Positions 20,501-29,748 of a DNA stretch of 64,000 nucleotides are shown here, piece by piece (position 1 is the stretch's first letter; every line of letters starts with the position of its first letter). Origin of the DNA: Gammaproteobacteria bacterium (GTDB taxonomy: Bacteria > Pseudomonadota > Gammaproteobacteria > JAJDYQ01); assembly GCA_965214035.1 (NCBI GenBank), contig OZ243932.1:1768305-1832304 (forward strand). The letters are read 5' to 3'. Position numbers and translations under genes: made by a program. The notes under the pieces were generated by a model that was given only the letters and a program-made list of their open reading frames with translations, did no database searches and had not been told where the DNA came from.

Positions 20501-20705
20501 CTTCAATTTCTTCTGGACTGGCACCACGCCAGGCAACACGCACGTTAATAGTTTCAAGAGTGTAGCCAGGAAAAAACTGTGTGTTAATATAGAACAGCGC
20601 CAAAGAACCACACATGATCATAATGACCATTAACAAATTGGCTGCAACACGATGCTGCGCGAAGATGCCGATAATATTACTGCGATGCTTGAAGTCAGAC
20701 ATCAA
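17574..20705 (-). CDS. RND efflux transporter permease (AcrB/AcrD/AcrF family)
   Basis: 1043 aa; VAANLLM, GIIVDDAIVVGE, RLRAVLLTSLTTIAGLTPL. Confidence 0.93.
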   Translation of the reverse strand: MMSDFKHRSNIIGIFAQHRVAANLLMVIMIMCGSLALFYINTQFFPGYTLETINVRVAWRGASPEEIEDGLTNRIEEALRTQENLRTMTSTSVEGISSITLEYETGTDMPRALDQVQEKIALIRDLPADIEQPEVTRMTIYERVARLLIWSEHDARALPELAQRLQRELLERGISSVEMTGLEKQEIAIQLSIEDMQEMNISLDQLGRHIARLSAGAPVGNINRNLLSQQLRSPDKIKQVEEYAEVPLNFAGQTLRLGDVASIERRARDNQTTMSYRGYPAIELRLLRIEGFDSLKSARILAEWLAETKPTLPPGIGIRVYDERWQYIMQRINLLLENGLTGLILVIAILFFFLRGPVAFWVAVGIPVSFMAALAVLYVFGGSINMVSLFGLIMAVGIIVDDAIVVGEDAMTHYQMGESPLSAAEGGAWRMLAPVISSSLTTVAAFIPLMMLGGFIGKLLFAIPLVIICAILASLVESFLILPGHLRYSFERMRSLGKISNRRRQMEGWFDHFRDRYFRRWVECCIAHPWHTLMILLAMVIVTIGLLAGKRIPFTFMPQTESGQISANIQFAAGTPRHIVRDYVVTVEKALDDMSEEFPGVILLYSSRLGENLSRHSRSSQRGDRYASILIELTASDERDMRNPEFIRQLRSRVNEPAALENLLITSRQAGPGGRDLTFQLTGSSPLQLKKAAEALKEILNNTRSVFSIDDDMPYGQTQLIFKLNAQGKSLGITTEAISQQMRAAYDGFTVQIFQDGFDEIEVRTVLHDEQRNGFSMLESLPVILPDGEQAVLGSLVDFHHQRGFEILRHEKGRLALEVSADIDETQGNANEITNEILTHALPDIAARYNIEFAAVGNAADQQQTFSEMKIGSLFALALIYLILAWIFSSYGWPLVVIAIIPFAIIGAILGHWLTGINLTVLSLFGLFGLAGIVVNDSIILVTFYRHLRKEGMPRQQAIVEASVRRLRAVLLTSLTTIAGLTPLLFETSVQAQFLIPMATSIVFGLGFSTVLVLVLVPLLLNAYETLAEKLTGRTSIEAPVMN

Positions 20706-21832
20706 TACGTATTACTGATTTTTACAGGTAGATTTTCTGAAGCATCAGGAAGCTGTGTGGTCATAACAACATCACCTGCCCGCACTTCTCCACTGAGCAA
20801 CAGGAATCCGTCTGACTGCTCTTTGTCGATATAGTCACCAAGGCGACGCACCCTGACAGCCTGCAAACGACCATCGACGACACGGTAAATGGTATCGGCA
20901 CCATACAGAGCGGTATTGCTCAAAACAAAACTGTTGGCAACAACCGGGAGCTGTAGCTGAACTCTGAGGCTGCGCCCCAGAGACAGAGATTCACCACCCT
21001 GTGTAATACTGAATATGGCATTAACCCCGCCGCTGCGCTCATTGACTTCACCACCCAGACGAACAAGTCTGGCTTGAATGATGATATCCGAATCGACGGA
21101 AACAGCCGTCAATGGCTCACCATTATCCAGCGCCTGTTGCAAAGTCGCTTGATAACGATGCGGTATGGGCCCAATCAGCTCCATGGATCGGCGGTCATAG
21201 ACATCAATCAGGCGATTTCCCGGAGAGACACGGTCACCGACAGAGACATGTAACCGGGTGACCTGCCCATCGAATGGTGCGGTAATCACTGTGCGCTGCA
21301 GGTCCAGCTCGGCCAGTTCGAGAGCAACTTCGGCACGCAGCTTTTGAGACTCCAGCCCATGCAGGCGGATTTTATGTCTTTCGATAATTTGCTCACGGTT
21401 CCGTCTGGCATCTTCGCCATCGTCGTTTTGTATAACAAACATCTCATTTTTATGGTCAAGATTCTCAGCGTCAATCTGCGACTGGCTGTCCTGAATATCG
21501 GCCCGGCGTTGCCGAACCGTCAGCCTCGCCTCCCGATCATCAAGCAGCAACAGTGTTTCGCCTTTGCTTACCCTGTCCCCATCGAGCGCAACAATCTCTT
21601 TAATATCCGCTGTAACAGCGGAGCGCAGTCTGGCGTGGTTTGGCGTGGACACCCTGACAAACAGGGGCAGGGACGGCGAATGAGTATCCGGTTGAATCGT
21701 TACGGCATTAATCAGACGGACCGGTTCGGTACTGGTCACGGTATTGGCCTTGGGTTTCGAGATGACCAGCATGATCGCAACCGCTACCGCCAACAAAAAG
21801 GTGACCGGCGCTATCCAGCGCAATGATTTCAT
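20702..21832 (-). CDS. RND efflux periplasmic adaptor subunit
   Basis: N-terminal anchor, lipoyl halves (GDRVSKGETLL; ITAPFDG..VSVGDRVSPG); ATGA overlap with the pump. Confidence 0.88.
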   Translation of the reverse strand: MKSLRWIAPVTFLLAVAVAIMLVISKPKANTVTSTEPVRLINAVTIQPDTHSPSLPLFVRVSTPNHARLRSAVTADIKEIVALDGDRVSKGETLLLLDDREARLTVRQRRADIQDSQSQIDAENLDHKNEMFVIQNDDGEDARRNREQIIERHKIRLHGLESQKLRAEVALELAELDLQRTVITAPFDGQVTRLHVSVGDRVSPGNRLIDVYDRRSMELIGPIPHRYQATLQQALDNGEPLTAVSVDSDIIIQARLVRLGGEVNERSGGVNAIFSITQGGESLSLGRSLRVQLQLPVVANSFVLSNTALYGADTIYRVVDGRLQAVRVRRLGDYIDKEQSDGFLLLSGEVRAGDVVMTTQLPDASENLPVKISNTY

Positions 21833-21870
21833 GGTGGGGTGCTCATCACCGAGGGGTACTGCCCTGCCGC

Positions 21871-22812
21871 TTACTGTTCCTGAAAGTAGTAATCGTATTT
21901 ATTATGTAGCTGGCTGGTAAAACCCCAGGCTTCGCTATATGAAAGACCGCTGTCTTCCGGGAAGATGATCTTGACGTAAAGTGTTTTATCAAATTTCTCT
22001 TTGAGGGAGATCAATTCTTTGTGCATTCGGGGCTCACTGACCGTTTTGAAATCATTTTCACCGGGCAGTTTAATGGCGATCTGCTCATTGCCGTCAATTC
22101 TGGCCTTGCGAACTTCGACCACCGTCTTGCCACGCGGTGTGCGGGCCGGCCTGACCAGTTTGTCGTATTTCTCCCTCAGATCATCATATTCACCACCCAG
22201 CACGGCAAGTTTGCTGCTCACATTCTCGGCATCAAGCTGGACAGATTGTAACTGCTGCCCCTGCTGCTGATAGTTTCTTTGCAGGCTGGCATATCTGCTG
22301 CGACTATCAGCAAGCTGGGTGGACAGGGTATCACGCTGCTGCGCGGTCTGCTCGAGACGGGTATCGGTCTGCTGTAAGGTTTCACTGGTCTGTGCCAGCT
22401 CGCTGCGTGTTGCCTCGAGAGACGCCTGAGACGAAACCAGATCGGAACGCGCCTGGTGCAATTCGGCATCGCGTGTTGCCAGACTTTTGCGTGCCAGATC
22501 ACGCTGTTCCGTGATCTTCATACTTTCCATACGCAACATGGACAGCAACTGCTCAACCTCAATCAGGCGAATCGCCAGACCCTCTTTTTCCGAAGCGGTT
22601 TTACGTACCAGTTCAGCCTGCTCGCGTTCGGCCTCCATGGTAGTCCTCAGTTTCACGATCAGCTCGCTGTTGCGAATCATCACAACTACCATGGCCAACA
22701 GAAAAATCATCACGATCACGGTCATGATGTCGGTAAATGACGGCCAGAAGCTATCATCACCCTGACCGGATTGGTGATTCATACGGAGGTCGGTAAAGCC
22801 ATCAGTAAACAC
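21871..22812 (-). CDS. MotB/ExbD-like single-pass protein with long coiled coil
   Basis: FWPSFTDIMTVIVMIFL TM with conserved Asp; long Q/E/L/R heptad-like region; small C-terminal domain, no recognisable OmpA motif. Confidence 0.7.
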   Translation of the reverse strand: MFTDGFTDLRMNHQSGQGDDSFWPSFTDIMTVIVMIFLLAMVVVMIRNSELIVKLRTTMEAEREQAELVRKTASEKEGLAIRLIEVEQLLSMLRMESMKITEQRDLARKSLATRDAELHQARSDLVSSQASLEATRSELAQTSETLQQTDTRLEQTAQQRDTLSTQLADSRSRYASLQRNYQQQGQQLQSVQLDAENVSSKLAVLGGEYDDLREKYDKLVRPARTPRGKTVVEVRKARIDGNEQIAIKLPGENDFKTVSEPRMHKELISLKEKFDKTLYVKIIFPEDSGLSYSEAWGFTSQLHNKYDYYFQEQ

Positions 22813-22849
22813 TGGGTTTGCTCCTGTCTATTCCGGCACGACGCTGTAT

Positions 22850-23863
22850 TTAACTTTCATCATCTTCATGCAGCCTGAAGCCGGAGCGAAGCAGCTGCTT
22901 TATGGTGCTGATGTCGCTGGAAATGGTCTGGCCCTGCATACCATAACTACTGACAGCATCAAGAAGTTTTTGACCAGAGGCTGAATAACGCGCCTGAGAC
23001 TCTTCCAGTTTGCCAATCAGGTTCTGCATCTTGTGCGCCAGAGAGGCAATATCCTGCATAACCGTATCACTTCGCAGGCCGAACTTCGGTATCAGCAGTG
23101 CTGCAGTAACCTGTTCGATACTGTTTATGACATTGGTCTGCACATCCCGCAGCTTGAGGAAGAAATAGCCAAAATACAGGTAACATATAATCGCCGTAAT
23201 GGTGGTTGACAGCGCCGTTGACATGCCGGAGAGCACGGTTGACATGCCATCCGTGCCATCCGTGCCGGCCAGCAAGTCAGAAGCTCCCAACAGGGCAACG
23301 GACAATGAAACGATTGTGCCGAATACCCCGGCCAGAATAAGAATATTGTTGATGAATCTCGCCATGCTGGTACGGGTGCTCTCACTGGCCAGCAGCATGG
23401 AAGCCAACGCGCTGTGATTAATCAATACACGCTGCTCATACATCGCCTGCATCAGCATGTAGCGGCGCGAGATAAGCGAATTCATCGGCACACGCCTGAC
23501 CGGATCCATCGAGTCCCGGCTGATGTTGCGAATAAAACGATTCAAGGCTGCTTCCTCCCCTGAATAGCGTGTGAACATCATTACCAGTTTGAGTAACCCC
23601 GCAGCAAACAGCACCAGAATGCTGCTGTTAATCAGCGGGCCAATACCTTCAATCTGATGGCGAATGTAGATATCTTTTATCAGATCAAGTTGCCAGATCA
23701 CCAGGCCGGCAATTACCCCCGCAATAATCACCATGCGGATCAGAATGTTATTGCTGTAACCCGTGCGCAAATCCAGAGATTCCAACAGAGGGTGAGTTTC
23801 TCGCATGGAGGTTTCTCCTTCATCACGCAGTTCAACAGCTCTGATTTTTTCCTCATCATTCAT
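22850..23863 (-). CDS. MotA/TolQ/ExbB proton channel family protein
   Basis: TM pair LAGVFGTIVSL ... GMSTALSTT resembles GLLGTVxG / GIxxALxTT; partner gene downstream. Confidence 0.8.
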   Translation of the reverse strand: MNDEEKIRAVELRDEGETSMRETHPLLESLDLRTGYSNNILIRMVIIAGVIAGLVIWQLDLIKDIYIRHQIEGIGPLINSSILVLFAAGLLKLVMMFTRYSGEEAALNRFIRNISRDSMDPVRRVPMNSLISRRYMLMQAMYEQRVLINHSALASMLLASESTRTSMARFINNILILAGVFGTIVSLSVALLGASDLLAGTDGTDGMSTVLSGMSTALSTTITAIICYLYFGYFFLKLRDVQTNVINSIEQVTAALLIPKFGLRSDTVMQDIASLAHKMQNLIGKLEESQARYSASGQKLLDAVSSYGMQGQTISSDISTIKQLLRSGFRLHEDDES

Positions 23864-23905
23864 AAGAAGTATTCCATATATGTCTTTAAACCAGGGTTTT
23901 ACTCG

Positions 23906-25000
23906 CTATTGCCGCGCACCACAGGCCAGAGCACGGCTGCGGGATGCCTGTAGCTGTTCGACCGGTTCGCTCTCCAGACACCAGCCAGCGAGATTCTGCT
24001 CAATCAGTCTGATCAGGGCGTCAATATGATCCGGGCGGTCATTGAGCGCCGGAACATAAGCATACTGCCCGCCACCAGCAGAGAGGAATATATCACGATT
24101 TTCCATAGCAATCTCTTCCAGTGTTTCCAGACAATCAGCAGAAAAGCCGGGGCACACAACATCAACACCTTCGACACCGCTCTCTCCCCACTCTTTCAGG
24201 GTATGGTCACAATAAGGCTTCAACCATTCTTCCCGTCCAAAGCGGGACTGGAAAACCAGTTGCCAGTCATCATCGGCCAGTTTCAATTTTTCTGCAATCA
24301 GGCGGGCGCTGGTATGACACTGGCAATGATAAGGGTCACCATTGGTCAGGAAGCGCCTCGGCAAACCGTGGAACGACATCAAGAGCTTCTGCTTGCGACC
24401 ATGTCTCTGCCAGTGCTCGCGGATAGAGCGAGCGACCGCCTCCACCCAGGCGTCATGCCGGTGGTAATCCATAACCATGCGGAATTGCGGCACCCGGCGC
24501 CAGGTTTTCAGCGTATCAGCGACGGCATCGAAGGTAGAAGCCGATGTGCTTGCGGAGTATTGCGGGTAAAGCGGCAATACCAGCAGGCGAGTACAGTTGG
24601 CCTGACGGAGCTTTTCCAGACCATCGGCAATAGAAGGCTTGCCGTAGCGCATCGCCAGCTCGACCTTGACAGGTCCATCAATTCTGGCCTGCAGGGCTGT
24701 TTCAACAGCTATCGCCTGCTTCTCCAAAATGACCCGCAGTGGAGAACCTTCATTGGTCCATACTCTGGCATAGGCCGCAGCAGAGCGACGCGGGCGGATA
24801 TTCAAAATGATGCCATGCAGGACAAGCATCCATAATAGGCGCGGGAATTCCACCACACGGGGGTCAGATAAAAATTCGGCAAGGTAGCGACGCAACGCGC
24901 TGGCCCTGGGCTCGTCAGGGGTGCCCAGATTCGTCAGCAAAATGCCGGTAACACCTCGGGTTCCGTGTTCATAATCCGGCGTATTTACAAATCCAACCAT
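23906..25000 (-). CDS. hemH: Ferrochelatase
   Basis: GILLTNLGTP, LPLYPQYS, SFHGLP, QSRFG, FSADCLETLEEI; start probably ATG 25000. Confidence 0.96.
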   Translation of the reverse strand: MVGFVNTPDYEHGTRGVTGILLTNLGTPDEPRASALRRYLAEFLSDPRVVEFPRLLWMLVLHGIILNIRPRRSAAAYARVWTNEGSPLRVILEKQAIAVETALQARIDGPVKVELAMRYGKPSIADGLEKLRQANCTRLLVLPLYPQYSASTSASTFDAVADTLKTWRRVPQFRMVMDYHRHDAWVEAVARSIREHWQRHGRKQKLLMSFHGLPRRFLTNGDPYHCQCHTSARLIAEKLKLADDDWQLVFQSRFGREEWLKPYCDHTLKEWGESGVEGVDVVCPGFSADCLETLEEIAMENRDIFLSAGGGQYAYVPALNDRPDHIDALIRLIEQNLAGWCLESEPVEQLQASRSRALACGARQ

Positions 25001-25129
25001 CGAGCATATCCCGCCAATCCATGGATTGATCGCCATTGTACAATATGCAGAATAAATCTGGAGGTTTGTCTCATAAAAGATGGGACTGAGTAACGTATCT
25101 GTGTAGTCCGTTGATCATGCAGCCGTTTT

Positions 25130-25591
25130 TTAATCAATCGATATTTTCCCTGAGTCTGGATTGTGCAGAACATGGGTTCTGGAAAGACGGTCGTGCCATG
25201 CCAGCCTCTCGGAGTCCAGGAATATCCAGAAAAAGCCGATACCGAATACACACAGGGATAATGTGGCTCCCAGAAAACGTATCAGGGCATTATCCCAGCC
25301 AAGCGTAAAGCCATCGTCGCAGGTGACCTGCAATTTCCAGCTGCGCATCCCCAGGGTTTGCCCACCGTGGGTCCAGAACCAGCCAAAGAACAAGAAGCTG
25401 ATCACATATAAATACAATGTATAGGCCGGACTTTTAAAAAATTCGCTGTTTGCTCCGGCAATAAGCACCACCGGCAGGGCGGCCACCATCAGCAGAGCAG
25501 ACAGCAGCAGGCCATCGTACAGCATCGCGCCGAGTCTGCGTAGAAAAGTTGCGGTCGTGATATTGGACGCGGTATCTGTCATTGGCAGCAA
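25130..25591 (-). CDS. RDD family membrane protein
   Basis: RRLGAMLYD, GQTLGM, WHDRLSRTHV. Confidence 0.9.
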   Translation of the reverse strand: MLPMTDTASNITTATFLRRLGAMLYDGLLLSALLMVAALPVVLIAGANSEFFKSPAYTLYLYVISFLFFGWFWTHGGQTLGMRSWKLQVTCDDGFTLGWDNALIRFLGATLSLCVFGIGFFWIFLDSERLAWHDRLSRTHVLHNPDSGKISID

Positions 25592-25629
25592 TACTATTCA
25601 GAGTCAAGTTATAGTACTTTCATGTCCGC

Positions 25630-25941
25630 AATACGGCATCCGGCTCCAGATAATCAGGGAACGCTCAAGCAGCCAGAACAATGGGTCACTTCATCACCCG
25701 CAGCTTCGCTGCTGCTCTATACCGACCTGTCGGCACAGGTTTTTCAGCCACCCCCTTTGTCTCCGGCAATCTTGACATTGCCGTAGGGCATGGTGCGCCT
25801 GTCAATATCTTTATCACTCATAGGACCGCTGTTTTCGTCTGTGCCGATGGAACGGGCAATCAGCGCAACCACAATGGTAAATAATACCAGCAAACCTAAT
25901 ATCCAGATAAACACCCGGGTAAAATCATCTTGAGCACTCAT
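25630..25941 (-). pseudogene. Cytochrome c5 family remnant (intact 65-codon N-terminus, decayed haem domain)
   Basis: TM then IDRRTMPYGNVKIAG (cf. c5 IxERIxPVGxV); in-frame read-through past TGA/TAG gives AAGDEVTHCSGCLSVP*LSGAG, a degenerate GEEVY..CxxCH..GAP. Confidence 0.55.
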
Positions 25942-26126
25942 TTCGTTCAGACCTCTATTTCATAGTTTGTAAGCCGGGCACGGAATATAGCGAAAAGCGT
26001 GCGGGGCGTCACTGATTTGTATTCATCCGAAACCTCTGGCAAACGTATAACAGGCGATCATAACGATGATTTCAGGTCAGTACCATGCCGCCTGATCTCT
26101 TCTCGCCCGGGCCAGAATACTTGAGT

Positions 26127-26975
26127 CTAATCCAGTTCGAAAATAATGTTGTCGATAAGACGGGTGCCACCAAGACAGACAGCACCTAATATGATCAGCG
26201 ATTTATCTTCTGCTGCCGGTGGCCGCAGGTCGCCCTGACGTCTGACTTCAATGTATTGAACCTGAAAGCCCTGTTGCTCCAGATTTGCTCTTGTTTGCAG
26301 GTTTATCTCATCAAAAACGGCTTTTCGCCGCCGGATCATATCGACTGCCCGGCATAGTTCCTGATACAACCCCGGTGCAATACGGCGATGCTCCCTGCTC
26401 AGGTAAATATTGCGTGAACTCATGGCCAGCCCGTCTTCCTCTCGGCAGGTATCGCAGGCGACAATCTGCGTCGGCATTGCCAGCTCGCTCACCATCTGCC
26501 GAATCAGGACCAGCTGCTGGTAGTCCTTTCCTCCGAATATGGCAATGTCGGGCTGCACGATATTCAATAGCTTGGTCACAATAGTCGCCACACCATCGAA
26601 ATGGCCCGGGCGTGATTCGCCGCACAGTGTGGAAGACAGATAAGGCACGCTTACTGTCGTCGTGCTGTTCACATCACCGTACATGGTCTCTACTGAAGGC
26701 AGAAAAAGAACATCGGCAGCATGCGTTCCAAGCTTTTTCGCATCTTCTTCTTCGGTGCGGGGATAACCCTCATAGTCTTCGTTCGGGCCGAACTGGGTAG
26801 GGTTTACGAAGATACTGGCAATCACACGGTCTGAAAGGGAGTCGGCTTTATCAACAAGCATCAGATGGCCTGCATGCAGATTACCCATGGTTGGCACAAA
26901 CCCGACAGATTGTCCCATCTTACGATATTCCGCAATGACACGGCGCAGCCCGGCTATCGAAGATACGGTCAACAT
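26127..26975 (-). CDS. panC: Pantoate--beta-alanine ligase
   Basis: VPTMGNLHAGH, FVNPTQF, RPGHFDGV, GLAMSSRN, RLIDN. Confidence 0.97.
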   Translation of the reverse strand: MLTVSSIAGLRRVIAEYRKMGQSVGFVPTMGNLHAGHLMLVDKADSLSDRVIASIFVNPTQFGPNEDYEGYPRTEEEDAKKLGTHAADVLFLPSVETMYGDVNSTTTVSVPYLSSTLCGESRPGHFDGVATIVTKLLNIVQPDIAIFGGKDYQQLVLIRQMVSELAMPTQIVACDTCREEDGLAMSSRNIYLSREHRRIAPGLYQELCRAVDMIRRRKAVFDEINLQTRANLEQQGFQVQYIEVRRQGDLRPPAAEDKSLIILGAVCLGGTRLIDNIIFELD

Positions 26976-26996
26976 GAACCAGAAGGGAGATATTGC

Positions 26997-27812
26997 TCAG
27001 GTGAAGCAGTGTTCATCCGCAGGGAAACTACCATCCTTCACCGCTTTGATATAGGCACGTATTGCCTGGGCCGGATGTTGCTGCTGCTCTGAAAAATCCC
27101 TTGCGAATCTGGGCATGCGCCCAACAGTCAGGCCAATCGCATCCTGTAATACGAGTATCTGGCCATCACAACTGCTGCCCGCACCTATCCCGATGACAGG
27201 AATTTCGACTGCCCCGGAAATGGATTTTGCCAACTCTGCCGGCACACATTCCAGCAGCAACATATCGGCTCCGTGTTCTGCAAGCGCACGGGCATCGCGC
27301 AACATGCCAGCGGCACTGGACTCATCGCGCCCCTGCACCCGGTATCCACCGATCTTATGTACAGCCTGCGGTTGCAGACCCAGATGGGCGCAGACCGGTA
27401 TGCCATGCTGACTTAACTCAGGTACAACTGATAGCTGTGTTTCACTACCCTCCAACTTGACCATATGGGCACCGCCTTCCTGCATTAAACGAGCGGCATT
27501 CTCAATTGCCTGTTGCGGACTGGCATAGCTCATAAAAGGCATATCACCGATGATAAATGCGCAGCGGCTGACACGGCTGACAGTTTTAAGGTGATAAACA
27601 ATATCATCCACCGTCACCGGCAGTGTGCTGTCATACCCCTGCACCACCATCCCCAATGAATCTCCGACAAGAATGACATCCATTCCCGCCTCTTCTTGCA
27701 GCGCTGTAAAAGTGGCATCGTAAGCGGTCATGCAGGCAATTTTCCGGCCCTCACGCTTCATGGCGCGAAGATCAGTGACTGTCAGACGTTTGGTTTGAGT
27801 GCTCAAATTCAT
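26997..27812 (-). CDS. panB: 3-methyl-2-oxobutanoate hydroxymethyltransferase
   Basis: TAYDA, LVGDSLG, DMPFMSY, HLGLQPQ, GIGAG; start uncertain (27812 or 27833). Confidence 0.96.
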   Translation of the reverse strand: MNLSTQTKRLTVTDLRAMKREGRKIACMTAYDATFTALQEEAGMDVILVGDSLGMVVQGYDSTLPVTVDDIVYHLKTVSRVSRCAFIIGDMPFMSYASPQQAIENAARLMQEGGAHMVKLEGSETQLSVVPELSQHGIPVCAHLGLQPQAVHKIGGYRVQGRDESSAAGMLRDARALAEHGADMLLLECVPAELAKSISGAVEIPVIGIGAGSSCDGQILVLQDAIGLTVGRMPRFARDFSEQQQHPAQAIRAYIKAVKDGSFPADEHCFT

Positions 27813-27871
27813 TACATCCGGAATATAAAACATCTTCTATGCCTGGCTGCCCACAGAGATGGATGGTGCCA

Positions 27872-28390
27872 TTATAAAGCATCTGAACAGGGTCTTCCGA
27901 CAGACATTTTAATTTCTTCCATCCTCAAAGAATCACATCTGTACAGGCAGGTCCGTGCCATACCATGACCAGGAATTTCAATATCTGGATCAATATCCAT
28001 TAAGGGTCTCAATACAAAACGCCTTTCCGTCATTCGCGGATGAGGAATCATCAGCACCTCGCTTTCTACTGTACGACCACCATAGAGCAGTATATCGAGA
28101 TCAAGGGTGCGAGGCCCCCACTGCTCACCACCACGCTGACGTTTATGCCATTTTTCTATCAGCTGCAGCTTGCCCAGCAAAACTTCGGGGGAAAGTTCGG
28201 TTCTCAACGCTATCACCGCATTGATAAAGTCAGGTTGATTCGGCAGACCAACCGGCTCGGTTCGATAAAACCGTGATACATCAATCAAGCCATCCCGCGC
28301 ATAATCCCTGATCGACTCAATCGCCATCAACAGGGTATCCATCGAGGCCCCCTGATTGCTGCCGAGGCCAATATGGGTTCTGACTGACAT
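27872..28390 (-). CDS. folK: HPPK, folate biosynthesis
   Basis: IGLGSN, WGPRTLDLDIL, IPHPRMTERRFVL. Confidence 0.96.
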   Translation of the reverse strand: MSVRTHIGLGSNQGASMDTLLMAIESIRDYARDGLIDVSRFYRTEPVGLPNQPDFINAVIALRTELSPEVLLGKLQLIEKWHKRQRGGEQWGPRTLDLDILLYGGRTVESEVLMIPHPRMTERRFVLRPLMDIDPDIEIPGHGMARTCLYRCDSLRMEEIKMSVGRPCSDAL

Positions 28391-28395
28391 GCCGG

Positions 28396-29733
28396 CTACC
28401 CGGCCACCTGCCTTCGCACTCTCCGAGAGCGCCTGTGCGGTCGGCGATTTCGATTGTTGTTCTGTGCCGCCGGTACATTATCGGCCTCTTGTTCCTGAAA
28501 ATCTGTCCACCACTCACAGAGCTCCTGAAGATCCTCACCTGCCTGATTACGCAACAATAAAAAATCATAGGCCGCCCGAAAGCGCGGATGGCTTAACAAT
28601 CTCAGAGGGCGCTTGCCACGACGCTGCTCGAACCTTGACTGCAAGGTCCATATCTCACGCGCCTGAATTGAAAAACGCTTAGGCATCGCCGTCTGCTCAA
28701 CCTGCCCCCGAAATATATCCTGAGCCACTGCATTCATCACGGCAATATTATCCACATCACCCTGCGCCTCATCATACATTGCCTGTCTCAGGTTTCCCCA
28801 AAGCAGAAAAGCATATAAAAATGCCGGATTCACCGGCTTGCCGCTGTCAACCCGCTTGTCTGTATTTTCCAGACCTGCGCGTATAAAAGATTCAATATAA
28901 TGATCGGAGTCCATACCCAGAGCTTCTTCAGTCTGTAAAAACAGATAGCCGAACAACCCGTATTTCCTTAGAACCTCAAAGCTGCGCAGGGCATGGCCTT
29001 TCTGAAACAGCTTTAATACTTCATCAAACAAACGGGCAGCAGGAATATCATCCAGCATGGGGGCCAGATCGTTGATCGGCTGCGCCGCCTCAAGGGACAG
29101 ATGGAATCCCAGTTTGGCCACAAAACGCAGTGCACGCAGCATCCTGACCGGATCTTCACGGTAGCGCGTCTCAGGATCACCAATAACACGAATCTGCCGG
29201 GCATTTATATCTGCAACACCCCCCACATAATCAACAATACTGAAGTCTTTAATGTCATAAAACAGCGCATTACATGTCAGGTCACGCCGCATAACATCAC
29301 TATCGATATTGCCATAGGCATTATCGCGAAGAATACGACCATCACTCAACTGACTTGCATGACCTTTATGCGTCTCCTCATGGGCAGCCCTGAAGGTGGC
29401 CACTTCAATTATTTCCCGCCCATAGCGGATGTGAGCCAGCCGAAAGCGACGACCGATCAGGCGACAATTCCGAAACAATCGCCTGATCTCCTCCGGTGTA
29501 GCATTAGTCACCACATCAAAATCCTTGGGATGGTGCCCCAACAACAAATCCCGCACGGCACCACCCACCATATAGGCGTCATAACCGGCCTTGCTCAGCC
29601 GATACAAAACCTTCAGCGCATTTTCTGAAATATGGCTTCGGGATACACCGTGATCAGATCGCGGGATAATCTCTGACTTCAGGGAAGAAATAGCAACACC
29701 TTGGATATCATAAAATGAATAGCTTAACAGCAA
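28396..29733 (-). CDS. pcnB: Poly(A) polymerase I
   Basis: VGGAVRDLL, KDFDV, LIGRRFRLAH, EDPVRMLRA, FRAAYDFL; pcnB-folK-panBC order. Confidence 0.96.
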   Translation of the reverse strand: MLLSYSFYDIQGVAISSLKSEIIPRSDHGVSRSHISENALKVLYRLSKAGYDAYMVGGAVRDLLLGHHPKDFDVVTNATPEEIRRLFRNCRLIGRRFRLAHIRYGREIIEVATFRAAHEETHKGHASQLSDGRILRDNAYGNIDSDVMRRDLTCNALFYDIKDFSIVDYVGGVADINARQIRVIGDPETRYREDPVRMLRALRFVAKLGFHLSLEAAQPINDLAPMLDDIPAARLFDEVLKLFQKGHALRSFEVLRKYGLFGYLFLQTEEALGMDSDHYIESFIRAGLENTDKRVDSGKPVNPAFLYAFLLWGNLRQAMYDEAQGDVDNIAVMNAVAQDIFRGQVEQTAMPKRFSIQAREIWTLQSRFEQRRGKRPLRLLSHPRFRAAYDFLLLRNQAGEDLQELCEWWTDFQEQEADNVPAAQNNNRNRRPHRRSRRVRRQVAG

Positions 29734-29748
29734 TCACGCAGCGTTCCC

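Noticed and set aside
21871-23863. Zorya (zorAB) call for the motor pair
   Set aside because: No OmpA-like domain in the B subunit, no long ZorA tail, no zorC/D/E, and a housekeeping context
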